Assembly (NCBI GenBank): GCA_904063045.1
Contig: CAJFCJ010000021.1
Coordinates: 744,001 to 808,000, forward strand
Direction of reading: 5' to 3'
Length of the DNA stretch: 64,000 nucleotides
Source: Dimorphilus gyrociliatus
Taxonomy: Eukaryota; Animalia; Annelida
The notes below the pieces were generated by a model. It made no database searches, was not told where the DNA came from, and saw nothing but the letters and a program-made list of their open reading frames with translations. Positions within the stretch are counted from its first letter, which is position 1. The number at the start of each line of letters is the position of its first letter. Shown here in pieces: positions 13,301 through 26,882 of this stretch. A program made the position numbers and the translations under genes.

Positions 13301-15158
13301 AAAAATGCCCAATTAGAAGGTCTAGAAATAGATCAATATATGTGGAGTATACTGCAGCAATTGGCCAAGAATGATTTCGACGAAGTAACAATAGAAGCAA
13401 ATGCCAATTGGAAACCCGTTATACAAGTGAAAATGGAAAGTGCTTCCGACTGTGGTCGGTGGATGAAGTCCAATAGTCCTGGATCTATGAAATCGCCAAA
13501 TATGGCACAATGGGAGAATCAACCCCAAAGTCCCGCCTTTTCTCAGGTTCCCGCTTCCGGGCCGGCTACTCCCGGCCAACCGTTAACGCCCGCCACGACC
13601 CCTCAGGGTCAGCAACAACCTCCAACACCCGGTACAGTGGGTTCACCCGCCACGCCAGGAACAAATACAAATCCGGCTTTCCCTCCAGTGGGTACACCAG
13701 ATTTCTTAGCCCCATTGTCCCATCGGTCAGAAGCGGGTCCGCCTGCAGAATCACCAGCTCCGCCAACGCCATCAGAACAACAATCCCAGCAACAGAACAA
13801 TAATATCGACTCCAATTTGGATAATATAAGTCCAGATGAAAATATAGAAAATGTAAGTATTGAAACAAATTTTTATTATTGTTGTAATAATCTTTTATGA
13901 TAAAAACTTACTATCCGGAAGTTGATTGGCAAATAGTGAAAATTTAACATTTACCTATAAAAAAAAAAAGCGACGAGACAAAAAAAACCGAACATTAAAA
14001 ATACGCTTTTTATTCTTTCGAATTGTTATCCTTTTTTATTGTTTTTTTTTTTACTTGGTTACCTATTTCTATTCTCTCTTATTATTCGTTATCAATAGAG
14101 AACTAAGGAGTAGAACAAACAGAATGTCACACACAACCATATATACAAACGCACGCAACACTAGCCGCTATTACGATAAAATAAACACCCGGCAAAACAA
14201 TTTCATACATTAAAAAGTAATTTTCTATAAAATGGATTTTCTTTTTTAATTTTGCAGATATTTGGAGAAACGGAATTAACCGATCCAAATGAGTTATTGA
14301 AATATTTAGGTTAATTATTATCCAATCATATTTATATCTATATTTATTATTATCTCTAACTTGGCGATCTAGTCTTTTTATTATTTTATTCCTATCTCTA
14401 TCTTTTTATATTTTTTCTATGAGAAATTTAGTTTTTTTCTTGTTTTTCCTTTTAACTATTTTAACTTGCGAACAAACTAAAATAAAAACCAATAAAAACA
14501 CACCGCAACAAGAGATTATCAAAGAGAATTATATATATATATATATATAGATATATATATAACTATCGTACAAAGTACATATATGTAACTGTATTCTTTG
14601 TACGTGTATAACGATTAGACTTCTATTGGTAATAAAGACTAAAAAGAAGAAAAGAGAAATATACTTGCACTGTGTTTATTTTAATATTTTAAAGAAAGTC
14701 AGTTTATCTGTGAATCTCTATCTCTATCTCTCTTCTTACTTCCTCCTCTTTCTTTCTTTCTTGCTTTCCTTTTTGTTTCTTGCCACTTGAGAAACAAAAA
14801 CTAACAAAAACAATTAAAGAAAGATATTGTTATTCGCTCACTTTTTGATTTATTCTTATAAATAACACAAATTCCTCATTTACCAATCACTTCCAAAGAA
14901 AGAGTTTTATAGTTCATTTATTTTTGGTTTTGCTATGTTTTTACGCTTTATTTCTTTTATTTTTTTAACTATTACTTTCATTTTAATAAGTTAATATTTG
15001 ACTTTATTTAATTAATTGATTTCATTTTTTTTCTACTATTTCAGATTTTGGGTGACACTGACCCGATGGAACTTCTTGATTACTTAGGGCCGAATAATAA
15101 CAGTAACGGTGCGAATGCAAATGACGATTTAAATTTGTTTGATTTAAAATTCGAGTAA
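4374..15158 (+). CDS. ZMIZ1: Zinc finger MIZ domain-containing protein (ZMIZ1/Zimp10/tonalli ortholog), 5'-partial. Exons 4374-4548, 6399-6596, 7354-7570, 9254-9430, 10684-10725 (possibly optional), 11145-11251, 12400-13852, then last exon 15045-15158 (or alternative 14258-14314)
   Basis: Translations match ZMIZ1 hallmarks: [110 protein letters not shown]...WKCPVC, and C-terminal ELLDYL...NDDLNLF. All junctions are GT-AG with matching phases (2,2,0,0,0,2,0). The N-terminal exons were not found in 1-4373. Confidence 0.93.
5650..5870 (+). promoter_or_regulatory. Putative intronic alternative promoter of ZMIZ1: array of reverse CCAAT boxes plus YY1-like motifs
   Basis: ATTGG at 5723, 5755, 5815 and 5847 (two pairs spaced exactly 32 bp), GTTGG at 5789, CGCCATCTT near 5686, all in a locally GC- and CpG-richer intron segment. 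Confidence 0.45.
11670..11730. repeat. Compound microsatellite (GTGA)n-(GA)n-(GAAT)n
   Basis: Directly visible in a ZMIZ1 intron. Confidence 0.85.
14258..14314 (+). CDS. ZMIZ1: Alternative terminal exon A of ZMIZ1 ([18 protein letters not shown])
   Basis: Phase-0 acceptor tttgcag|, then a paralog of the start of exon 15045 ([15 protein letters not shown]), stop TAA at 14312-14314, and tandem AATAAA at 14481 and 14491. Confidence 0.7.
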   Translation: MFGETELTDPNELLKYLG

Positions 15159-16248
15159 CAAAAAGAGCACAAAGAGCCCTCACCATATAAATTCATATAC
15201 ATTCTCTCTTTCCCTCTCTCTCTCTCTCTCTCACTCTCTCTCTAACTCTCTCATAAAACAAAACGCTTCATTCAAAAATCTACATAACCATCTTAACATT
15301 TGACAAGTTTAGCAAAAAAAGAAAGAAAAAACAAAGAGATGTACATATATATATATATATATATTATACATCTAAATGTCCGACTCCTTTCATTGAATAA
15401 GAGAGGTTTAAGTTTATTATTGAGACAAAAGTTTATTTAAACTAAAAGAAAAAAAAAATCTGAACAAAGAAAGACACAGAAAGCGATTTAAAAGATTTTG
15501 ATATAATTTTGTTTTTTCTCTTCCGTTCAAAAAAAATCTTTATATTTCTTTTTTTTTTGTTTTAAAAGAAAATATTAATAATTCCAAAAAATTGTACGGA
15601 AAATAAAAAGAATACGTCTAATAAAAAAAAAACTCCACATTTACATTAAAAAAGTTAGGGCTCTTTGAATTTTTGCCATACAAACTGTCTTTTCTCTTTG
15701 AATAGTTTAGAAGAAGAACTGAACAAAATTCTCTTTATCATGTATACATATATGTCTACGTCGTGCAATTTTTTTGTAAATATGTCCTTTTTCGATGAGT
15801 ATTTATTGATCATGACTAATGTGTACATAATGTTACGACCATGTATTGTTCTACTTAGGCAAGGACGTATCCACGGTGGGCCTAAAAAAATAACAATGAA
15901 ACAAACAAAAAAAAAACAAAGAGTTTTGGTTCAAATAATAAAAAAGATTAAAACGAAAAGGTATAAAGGAAAAGAGTTTTTTAAGAGACTGCCTATTGTA
16001 GCGTATTAAATATACCTCTGTCTATCTCTATCTCTTTTTTTGTATCTTAATCCTTCCTGGATACGCCCCTGTCTCCTCCCAAGCTTTCAGTGTTTTAAAG
16101 GAAAATATCTTGTACAGTTTTAAAAAGGAATTTTTTTTCTGACAAAAAATGTTGATCCTGCATTTTATCAACAAAAATTTGAAAATAATGTCAAAATGTA
16201 CATGTATTTATTTTTTAAGAGATTCTAGTGTTTTCTATTTGTTTTTTT

Positions 16249-16283
<35 letters not shown>

Positions 16284-18131
16284 TGAATTTGTTCTCTTCT
16301 TTCGATCTCTCCCCGTTTTTTTTATTCAAAGGTTCAGAACGTAACAACAACAACAACAAAAAAAGACAAAAAACTATCGAGTTATTAACTAAGAGAACGA
16401 AAAATACGCAACAGTTTGTTTCAATACAGTGTTGCCTATTTTATCAACTTTTTCTTTTTTATTTTTTTTGTTGAGTTGAATGATATCACACGTCATTATT
16501 ATTAATTATTCAAGTAAAACGTTCAAAAGATAAGGAAAGGAAAAGAAAAAGAAAAAAAAACTAGGAGATATAAAAGATAAAGGATTAAACTTTTTCCTTT
16601 TTTTATTATTATTATTAAAATTAATTTTTATTATTCATATAAACAAAAAAGAAAGAAGAAAAAACGATAGAAAATGTATGGAAATATTTTACCTATATTT
16701 TCACAAGCACATACGCATTGCCCTACACATTGCATACAATTTACGTACATAACAGACAGACACAAAACAAACTACCGGATTTAAAAAGATGACGTCAAAT
16801 GGGGGAAACGATGTGAAATTTATTGGAGAGTCAAAACACTTGAATTATAGACAAAAATTTGAATATTTCTATACATTTTTCTCTCTTTTTTAAACGTTTC
16901 TAATGCAAAGTGTAATAAGAAAAAAAGTATAACGAAAAGCATTGAAAACTCTATTAAAAGTTGAAAGGAGAAAAGGCAAAAAATGTAAAACATTAAACAT
17001 ATTGAAAAGAGGGAAGGAAACAAAAATATGAACAGTTTTTGTCTTTTTTTCTTATATTAATTTACTTTTTTCTTTGAATAAATATAAAAAAAAGAAAGAT
17101 TATGTAATGACACATTTTAATAATTATGACGTATGGCTAAATTATGGACAAAATGATGCCTTAGCTGAACACTGTTACGTTTTATTTCTTTTTTTGTATA
17201 GAGATTTTTAAATTAACGGTCCAGAGCTATTGAAAGAGGTCAGAAATAATTTATTCTGTTTCTCATCTTGTGCTATATTCATATATATTATATATATATA
17301 TTCATATATATGTATGCATATACTTATATCTATATATACGTGTATATAGAGATATATGTATAAAAAAAATTGTATACATTTGTTTATGTTCTATTTTTCT
17401 TTATGGCAAAGTTTTTGACGTCGATTGCAAAATCTGGACCATTGCTTATTCTATTCTTATTCTGCACGAATGGTAATAAGTTATTAAGGAAGCTTCCGTT
17501 GATGAAATTTGTACATTCTGTTTATTTTTTTGGCAATATAATTTTTCTCATATACTATTAAAAATATATTGTTTTATTGTTATTATTTTATTAGTACTAT
17601 AATCATATACATACATATATATATATATATACATTGTTATATTATTGCAGTCATATATGCATTATATATATATACGCATACATACAAACACATACACGCT
17701 TCATAAACGCAACTACAATAAAGTCATATAAGTCAGTCATAAGGTCGCACACGCTTACGCTCTAAGATTCGTTCTATTGTCGAGTATCGAATTATTTACT
17801 CTCTCTCTCTCTCGTTCGCTTGCTCGCTCGATCGCTCTTTTTTTTTCTCTCCTCTAAATGTGTCAAGGGCGTAGCACTTTCTTATCTTTTAACTTTCTTT
17901 TTTAAGCCGTTTTACGAACGCGCCACCTAGAATCGATTAATACTAGACAAAAGTAGATCCAACTATGAAAAGTGAGAATGAATGGTCGATATGAAGTTGT
18001 TTTAGCTAATAACAACTAGCGTCCTCTTGTTGATAAGTTCTATTGCTGGTTTTTTATAGATTTTTTCCGCTGTTCGTCTGCTAGATGTTTTCTGTTTTTT
18101 TCCCAAGGAAAAGATAAATTTCTCACGCAAA

Positions 18132-20039
18132 ATGCCTACCGTTCTATCCAGGACGATTTGCTCGCTTTATGATTCGGTTGTTGATATCTTGCATCATAAA
18201 AATAATTGGAAAATTATCCTAGGAAGTGGTCTTGTTGCATTGTTAGTTATTAAATATAGGCAACCGATATTCAAGCATAATCCGGAATTCGGAGATGTAT
18301 TCCCCAACGCAGGTGGACTACCCATTGTTGGTATAATACCTTTTATAGTACTTTCTGGAAAGACTACCTTCCAATATTGTACCTATCTAAGTAAAAGGAG
18401 AAGGAAGAAGAGTTTTTTTATATCCTTCGCTAGGCTGTTGGTATAGAATTTTCTTTTAGCAATTCATCCAAAATAATCCTTTTCTTCCTTTTTTTCATCA
18501 TATTTTCTCTTAGTCCATTCTTTATCATCAACGGTTATGACGATATAAAAGAAACTTTGGTAAAGAGTAGTACAGCTGCTGCTGGAAGACCAGGCCCCGA
18601 AACATCTTTATATCTAGTTAATCCCGAAGCAAAAGGTCGTTGTTCTATCGCCAAACGCAAGATATAATATGCAATATAACTTTGCTTTTTGTTTTCCCCC
18701 TCCCCGTTTTCTACACTCCAACTAATTAGGTATATTGAATAGAGATTATTCGCAAGAGTTTGTTTCTCAAAGGCAAGCTTGCTTACAAATTCTTAGAAAT
18801 TTCGGCTTTGGTAAAAGATCTAGTGAAGATAGAATTCAAGAAGAGGCATTAGCTTTAACTAATAAACTATTAGAATACGATAAACCATTAAATCCTACAA
18901 GTATTATTCAAAATTCGGTTGCAAATGTTATATGCAATATGGTTTTTGGCTCTAGATACGAATACAATAATTCAATTTTTGATAAATTGATATCAAACCT
19001 AAATTTTATGGCATCTTTTCAATATCACAAGTGTATTGCATTGTATTTACCATTTATGGCGAAATATTCGACATATCTCCAAACGAATATAAAATGCCAA
19101 ACAGAAATTATTGAATTCATACAATCGGAAATTGATAAGAATCAAGAATATCTAAGGAATGAGGAAGAACAAGAAAACTTTATTTACTCTTATCTCAAAT
19201 TAATGAAAGAGAAAAGCGACGACTCTTCATTTTCTACTGAACAATTGAAATTTGTTGTTTTTGATTTCTTCTTCGGTGGAACTGAGACAACCGCAACAGC
19301 CATCTCTTGGGCATTGATCTATTTGGCTAACAGACCAGAGTTACAGAGACGCTTACAAGAGGAAATCGATAGGGTTATAGGTGACGGTGTAGTTAGCTTA
19401 CATAATAAAAATGAGACGCTCTTGTTAGATGCTTTCATCCAAGAAACCCTTCGTATTTCCACTCCCGTCCCAATGACAGTGCTGCATAAAGCCATTGCCG
19501 ATTTGTCTGTCAACGGATTACATTTGCCTAAAGGTGCATTGGTAAGAATTAGTTGTTACTTGCAAATTAATTAACTATTTAAATCAATAATTAGCGCTAT
19601 AAAAAACACGAAAGTCTTTTTATATACAGTTCACGGCAAACCTGCACAGCGTTTTACACGATGAAACCATCTTTAAAGAGCCCGAAACGTTCAATCCTGA
19701 TAGATTTATTCAAAACGATAACATTTTACGACCGGATGAGCTAATACCATTTGGATTAGGTAAGTATAAACAAAATAATAAACAATTTCTCTATCTTTTC
19801 ATCTTAATCTCTCAACAAAATAATCTCGATAATAAAAACACTTTTCGCTCCTTAATCCAGGAAAGAGACTTTGTCTGGGCGAGCAATTGGCTAAACAGGA
19901 ACTTTACATTTTCATCGCGTCTCTTATCCAACGTTTCGAATTTTCTCGGGTAGATGAAGAGAAGATCAACGAGTCGGGCTTGCTAGGAATAACCTATATG
20001 CCAAAAGACTTTCTCATTGTTATAAAAGCAAGAAGCTAA
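18132..20039 (+). CDS. Cytochrome P450, CYP2 clan. Exons 18132-18436, 18514-18635, 18730-19541, 19630-19759, 19861-20039
   Basis: N-terminal anchor, LPIVG, INGYDDIKETLV, LRNFGFGKRS, I-helix FFGGTETT, ETLR (ExxR), FNPDRF, heme motif PFGLGKRLCLGE. Splice phases are consistent. The exon 1 donor (ct|gttggt) is the least certain junction. Confidence 0.93.
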
Positions 20040-20235
20040 TCACTTACTTAGTATATATACTAATATATAAAGAGCCTTGTCAGATAAATAGCTAGCTAAA
20101 ATACAATTATAGGGCTATATATGCATACAATATTACGTCAAAATCAGTATATCAGATAAATATATACCAGTATTCTTTTTTAGTTGTATTTGTATATATA
20201 TAGTATATATGTATTGGATTAATAAACGACAAAGA

Positions 20236-20272
<37 letters not shown>

Positions 20273-20899
20273 ACAAAGACCGATTTTGCTCGCTTATGAC
20301 GATAAACAATTTATATTTGAAAAATATCATTTATGAATTATTAACCATCGTATTACTCTTCGTAAAAATACTGTTTATTATTAAAGATTATGCATAGTCA
20401 ATAGTCTGAAGGGTCGCAAGGGAAATTTCAAACCAGTGAAGAAATATTACTGGGTGGTAGATGAAAAAAAAGAGGGATTGGGCCATTTATCTATATATTA
20501 TTATTATTACTGTTACACGTAGAAAGTCCCAATATGTTTCTATCTCTGTTTCTGTTTCTATATATAATGTATATACAATCTATGCTAATTTTCAGTATCA
20601 ATGTTTAATTGAGTAAAGGCTACCAAAGAAGAAAGTGAACTAAAAAAGAAATAAGCATTCATTTTGATATTAGTATATTTATTTACAGAATATTCAAGTA
20701 CAGTTTTTTCTGTTAACTGCCTATTAATGAATAATGGTAACAGAACATTAACCGTGTCTGATTATTCTAAAAATAGATATACTGCACAGAAGTAACATAT
20801 TTTATTCGCTGTTAGAGAACGGGGAGGGGATGAGGGGGGTTAGGGGAGAAAAGGGGGCAGAGAGAGAAATATATATGTATATTATTAGCCTGTATACAG

Positions 20900-20938
<39 letters not shown>

Positions 20939-21221
20939 GTGATGCAGGAGAGAAAAATTCAATACTAAGCCTATGTTACTTATATTCAATTTACGAATAT
21001 TTATCTTCAACATAAATGTGCGGCTATACGAAAGCGATAGTTTACTAATTATTGACCTGGTGAATTGGTACCAAATTGGCCATTGGCGCTTGTTAATATA
21101 ATTAACAATAGAAAAGAATAAAGGATTGAATTCGTTTAGTTAATTTTTCGTTCTATTTGAGAAACGGGATAATCGTTATTTGTTGCTATTTTTTTATGAT
21201 ATCTATATTCTAAAGGAAACA

Positions 21222-23246
21222 ATGAAATTTATTCTCTTCTTGGCTATATTCATTTGCGTTGTGGGACTAATCGACACATATTGCTATCTTACGGCATGGA
21301 ATACCACTGATATAGATAAATGCAATAATAATACTGGCGTACTGGAAGCTGATTATGCCCTTTTCGGGTCTAACTTTACAACCAATTATTCATCGTTTAT
21401 TCAAGAGATAAATGTTAGATATTCCGTGATAAATTGGTGTCGATTCTCTACGTTGCTAGAATCGGTGGAATACTTAAGAATTTCTCATAGCGTTATTGAT
21501 ATTAATTGCACCGAATCCTTTAATAATCGGAACTTATCCGTCAAAAACGTCTACTTTCTAAATGTCAGCAATATTCCATCCGTTCAACAGTTTCCATTGT
21601 TAGAATCTGTAGAAATAGCTAATTGTAGTGCCAAGCTAATTGATATTAATAATGATAATTTGCTTAAAATCACTGTTTATTTAAATTCTTTTCTAAACAG
21701 TCTTCAATTGAATAACAATCCTAAGTTATCCTATTTAAATGTAACAAACAATTCTATGCTGAAAAACGTCACCGATTTGGACGGTTCAAACTTAACAGAA
21801 GTGTATTTATATAGTAATGCCCTAGAGAGGATGCCCTATTTTCGTAAATTATACTCGATAGATGTATTGGATATAAGTGACAATTATTTAATAGAATTGA
21901 CTCTATTAAACTGCCATATTGTACGTCTTTTAGCCAAAGGAAACCGATTGGAAACGGCCTCTTTCGATAGTGTTCAATTTCTTGATTTAAGTAGTAATCG
22001 TTTAAATTCTTTAATTATTCCAATTAATTTGAAGGAGGTATTTCTAAATGAAAATAATTTTCAATCTCTCGATATACGAAGTAGAGCTGACGTTGATTTG
22101 AAAGAGACGCTAATAAAGAATAACTGCGAAGAAAATTGGAGACGCATGACGAAAGTTTGCCAACCAAATCGGAAAACTCAACTGGAACGTTTGAACTTGT
22201 CATTTAATAATATTAAGAATATTTCGCTCAGATTTCTAACAGAATCTTATCCTAAACTGAAAGCCTTAAATTTGGAAGGAAACCCGATAGAGACAGTGGA
22301 GAAGGGGGAATTCCTTGTCAACGTAAGCCTATCCTCTTACAATTTACAGTGTTCGTGCAACAACTACTGGCTACTCTTTCATCCGGAAGTGGAGTTTTTT
22401 AACCGCAGTAGAACCTATTTTATGGATTTATGCGCCACTAATACGGCCGAGACTCCTTCGGTCAAAGCCGAATGTAATAAGGATTTTTGTTCGTGCTTTT
22501 CCTTGTCCCAAGCCAGTTGCGTTTTCGGAGTAGGAAAAAATTTCTCCGATAAGGATGGAAGGCTTTGGAAGAGGAAGGTTAAAATACCAAACGCCGAAGG
22601 CATTGTCTGCAATGTTGGTGGTCTCTATTATAAAAATGGTACATTCTTTATGGTAGAGAAGACTATTACGGCGAATTTAGTCAAAGAATTTACAACTTCC
22701 GCCACAACCTGGCAACCTACTGTCAATATAACTCTCAGGCCTACTTTGATAACCGAAAAATCATTAAATTGTAAAGAAATGAATAGATATACTTGTACGA
22801 TAATAATAGCATCGTTAAGTTGTATCATAGTAATAAGTACAGGAATTTATTTATCAACTTGCATCTACTATTGGAGAAGATGCAGCAAGTTGAAGAATGA
22901 GCTAATAGTGGCTCAAGAAAGAAAATTAAAACTTCGCCATAGGTTAGAATCGTTTAAATCGGCGTCTAAAAGAATAAGCTGTAGTGAATTTTTTAACGAT
23001 ATTGACGAAAATGAATCTAACGAAGATAGTAGTGAGACTTTTAAAAAATCTGTTAAAAGACATAGGACTAATTCAACAAGATCTAACTGGTACGCCGAAC
23101 GACCTTCTACTTTCGACTATAACAACGACAAAGAAATTCCCAATTCTCATACGCTAACGGGAACGTACAAGAGCCCTAAAATTTTCTTGCCCGAACAGCA
23201 TTTAGGTAACAGAGCGTTGGCGGAACAAAATTCAGTAAAACTTTAG
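21222..23246 (+). CDS. Single-exon type I membrane leucine-rich-repeat protein (Toll-like ectodomain, no TIR)
   Basis: Signal peptide MKFILFLAIFICVVGL, many LxxLxLxxNxL repeats (LDISDNYL, LDLSSNRL, LNLSFNNI, LNLEGNPI), LRRCT NLQCSCNNYWL, a second Cys cluster (ECNKDFCSC), TM IIIASLSCIIVISTGIYLSTCIYYW, and a low-complexity tail. The ATG at 21222 is preferred over the TTG start in the ORF track. Confidence 0.85.
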   Translation: MKFILFLAIFICVVGLIDTYCYLTAWNTTDIDKCNNNTGVLEADYALFGSNFTTNYSSFIQEINVRYSVINWCRFSTLLESVEYLRISHSVIDINCTESFNNRNLSVKNVYFLNVSNIPSVQQFPLLESVEIANCSAKLIDINNDNLLKITVYLNSFLNSLQLNNNPKLSYLNVTNNSMLKNVTDLDGSNLTEVYLYSNALERMPYFRKLYSIDVLDISDNYLIELTLLNCHIVRLLAKGNRLETASFDSVQFLDLSSNRLNSLIIPINLKEVFLNENNFQSLDIRSRADVDLKETLIKNNCEENWRRMTKVCQPNRKTQLERLNLSFNNIKNISLRFLTESYPKLKALNLEGNPIETVEKGEFLVNVSLSSYNLQCSCNNYWLLFHPEVEFFNRSRTYFMDLCATNTAETPSVKAECNKDFCSCFSLSQASCVFGVGKNFSDKDGRLWKRKVKIPNAEGIVCNVGGLYYKNGTFFMVEKTITANLVKEFTTSATTWQPTVNITLRPTLITEKSLNCKEMNRYTCTIIIASLSCIIVISTGIYLSTCIYYWRRCSKLKNELIVAQERKLKLRHRLESFKSASKRISCSEFFNDIDENESNEDSSETFKKSVKRHRTNSTRSNWYAERPSTFDYNNDKEIPNSHTLTGTYKSPKIFLPEQHLGNRALAEQNSVKL

Positions 23247-23505
23247 AAATAGGTGGCGCCAGCTACTTAGTCACGTTTAATATATATATATATATATATA
23301 CTATATATATACACTGTACATATACTATATTTATATAATCATTGTTCGGACTGATGTGCTAAAAAGAAAAAAATTATACTTATTATTGATATTTCTTTCT
23401 TTTTTTACTGTTTTAATTAAAATATAGAAATAGTATTAACAATAGAAAAAAGCCTCATTTTTAATATCATAAACATTTCTCTTTCAACGTTATTTTTATA
23501 GTTTT

Positions 23506-23510
<5 letters not shown>

Positions 23511-23544
<34 letters not shown>
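23511..23544. repeat. (AT)n microsatellite; representative of many, e.g. also 26208-26242, 49090-49116, 51479-51507, 60859-60880, 63299-63325
   Basis: Directly visible. Confidence 0.9.
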
Positions 23545-23548
<4 letters not shown>

Positions 23549-24972
23549 TATATGGCGTCCGTCCATCCGTTCGTTCTCTTCTTAGTTTATTATTGCACAA
23601 TTTAAAATGTCAATCGTTTTAAATAAACATTGACGCGTAGGCCTAACTGTCTTTCTTTCCTTAATTGCGTCCACTAAACCGTTTGGCAATTACCTTTCTC
23701 TTTTACAACTGACATACACCCCTGCCGACTTATGGTTTCCCTTTTTTTTCAACTCTTTCTCTCTATCAATATCAACAAGAATTCGCATAGAAAATGTAAT
23801 TTCAATAGAATCAAATTACTTAAACCGTTTAATTACTTTTTTTTTGTTTTCCTCTCCTCACCTAATCATTTATGCACGTTTTAAAATGACTAATTATCTA
23901 CCTGAACATTCCTTTCTGCTTTTAAATGTATACGTACATATCTATCTATCTATGTACAGTACTACAAAAAAAAGAACATCAAACGCCATCTTGCGAGTTG
24001 AAATAAAGAAGTTTATTGATGGAATTTTATTTATAATTTTAATCACCTATATAAATGATAGAATTTATTATACTTGAATGTATATGTATATTGAATGTTA
24101 CACTCTTACGTATATGTGTAAGCTCTATATGAAATTATAGGCTTAATATGAATTGTAATCTATTCAGCCTTTGAAAAGAATAAAAGAAACGTGTAAGTAA
24201 GAACGGCTTAAATTGAAAAGTGAAGAATCTTATTAACAGGTAAAAACTTTCGCTATTTTCTTTAATTGTCTCTTTTCGACCTTTTAACCCCTATTGAGCG
24301 TTTCCAAATTTAGCCCCTTAACAAGAGCGCAATAGTACACCGTCTACTAAATTTCTTTTACCTTTTGCCAGATGCCGCTCCAATATCTCTGCGCATATAT
24401 AATATATAGATTATGCAATAGTTAATTACTCTGCCTAACTAACCGTTTAGTATGAGTTAGGTAGAGTAATTAATAAATCAACACAAATGCTATAATATAT
24501 TCATTGAGTCGATTCATAGGATAAGATTAGATTGCTTATTTTAAAATGTCTATTACTTTCAATTTCAAGCTCCTTTACCCTCTCTCTCGTTCTCTTTTTA
24601 TGCCTTGTATAGGACTAAACTATAGTCATGAATTCGAAAATTACAAGGAAATGTATTAGATAGTAGCACGTTTGTTTTCTCCTCATAATCTTTCGTAGGT
24701 AACTTGAACCAATAGAAAAAACTTTTTGCTTTAATAATATTCATTATAATCCTTAAATTTCTGATTATTTATTGTTACGTTTCTAATGAAGCAGCTCTTG
24801 AATATTCTAAATATACATATAATGTATGTAAATATATCAACAGTAAAACACGAACAACGAGGCAAAATGAGAGAGTTTGAAGTATCATATTTCCATATTA
24901 TAGACGTCCTCTACAAAATTCTTTCTCAGTTTTGGATCAAATAGACAAAGATTTTAAATAGGCAGGTAAAAG

Positions 24973-25120
24973 GCAGACAGACAGACGAACAGACAGATAG
25001 ATAGTCGGATAGATACATAAAGAGATAGGTAGACAGGCAGACTGGCAAGCTAGTAAGCAAGAAAGTAAGGCAGGTAGACAGACAGACAGACATATAGATA
25101 GAATGATAGATAGACAGATA
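24973..25120. repeat. Degenerate GACA/GATA tetranucleotide satellite
   Basis: cagacagacagac...gatagatag...gacagacagacagac, directly visible. Confidence 0.8.
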
Positions 25121-26203
25121 AATAAGTATATTGATAGAGAGGGGGAGGAGGAGGAGTAGGAAGGGAGAAAGAAACCCGAGGCAAAGGAGAGAGCTAGAGA
25201 TAATAAAAAAAAAAGTACAACTGGAAGATATGTTTTAATAGTTAAGAATACTTTTCTTACAATTCTTGGAAAGTGAATTTGTCTTCCTACTAAAAATTTA
25301 ATTGAAAAGAAAAGATAGTTGTTTATAAAATACAGAATCTATAATTCAAAGGTTTTATTTCAATCTTTTAATCCATAAATCTTACTTAATTAATTTCTTT
25401 TTTATTTAAATTAAACGTTATGTAACATGAAAATAATTGAAATAAACAGTTGATAATTGAATCAATAGACTTACGAATAAGATTTAACTGTTCATTCAAT
25501 ACATTATAATGTCTTTAATATGATTTTTCTTCAATTACTTTTCTTTCTTTCTTTCTTTCTTGTTCTCTCTCTCTCTCTTTTTCACTCTAAATAATAAATC
25601 TAAATAGCGTTAGCTCTTTTTTTTATCCAGATTTTTTAACCGACGAAGGGAATTCTATATTAGAATCGTTTGAAGGTAGAACACTTCTTATCACGCTACC
25701 GATTGCCCATTAGCGTTTTGCTTCTTTACTCTTTCTGATACAAAGTGTTTCTTCAGATATTGTCATCAAAATATATTTTCCCCTTTTACTCCTCCCTCTC
25801 TTCTTCTTCTCCTTCTCATCCTCCTATTCTATATCGAATGTTTTTACTTCTTTGCATCATTTTTTCTATTCTAATTAAAATAAAAGAAAAAGAGAAGAGG
25901 AATGATAGTTTATTGTTAATGTTTTAAATCAATGAATTTACTGACAGTGCTCTTTGTTCATTTTTAGATGATTATTCATGTACTCATATCTAATTTGTGC
26001 TATATGGATAAATATTTTTAACACAAGCACGGAAATATGGAAATAAGCACTCTAGTGGTAGTTCCACTCAGACGAGAAAGATGACCAAACGGCGCTTGAG
26101 CGCCTGTAGATAAAGGATGAGGATCCTAATTATTTGCACATTGGCTTATATAGCCTTAGTTTCTAGTAAGAAATCATACAACGGGTCTGTATACAGTATA
26201 TAA

Positions 26204-26243
<40 letters not shown>

Positions 26244-26882
26244 GTTTAAATTATTGTTATTGCAAAAGGTTTTCTTTTATTTCATTCAATAAATATTAAT
26301 AAATTGAATTATGACATTCTATGAAAAGTTTAGCATTACTCTCGAATATTCATTTTAGTTCTTTTTCTAAATGATAAACAAATAGATTTAGAGAAAAAAG
26401 GAAAGAAACAAAAAATAAAAAGTTGGACTATTTAGAAGAGTCTAATAAATAGAGGAAGAGAGACGGATTAAAGGAAGAAAGACTGAGAGAAAGAAAGAAA
26501 GAAAGAAATAGTCAGGCCGTAAAAGAATTCCATTTATCATATTGAAGTTTTGTAGGTGTTTGCAATAGACGCCGAGTTTTCACTTCAAACTATTCTCTCC
26601 CTTCTCCTTCTAATGGATAGTTATTGTTAAATGTTTTCTGTCGATTTCCCCTGTAAAGAAGTAATAAATGAGCTTATTGTCTAAGAGTATAGATTATTCT
26701 TAGTATAGCAGTCTGTTAGAGATTATGTTTTGGCTACTAATGAATGAATTATACTACTACAAGTGCATATTACAGTAATAGGTGCAGTGTATAGGAGGAA
26801 AGATTACGTTATTCCTAACTTTAATTTTTTTCCCTTTTAAACATTGCTGAATTATTAAATATATTCTCTTTTATCGTTTCAG

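Noticed and set aside
13046-13868. Several antisense or alternate-frame ORFs inside the large ZMIZ1 exon; similar ones inside the CYP, GPCR, SULT and RSPH14 genes
   Set aside because: Shadows of real coding exons.
15340-15829. Three Pumilio-type TGTAHATA motifs in the ZMIZ1 3' UTR
   Set aside because: The 8-mer is common in TA-rich DNA, so enrichment is not convincing.
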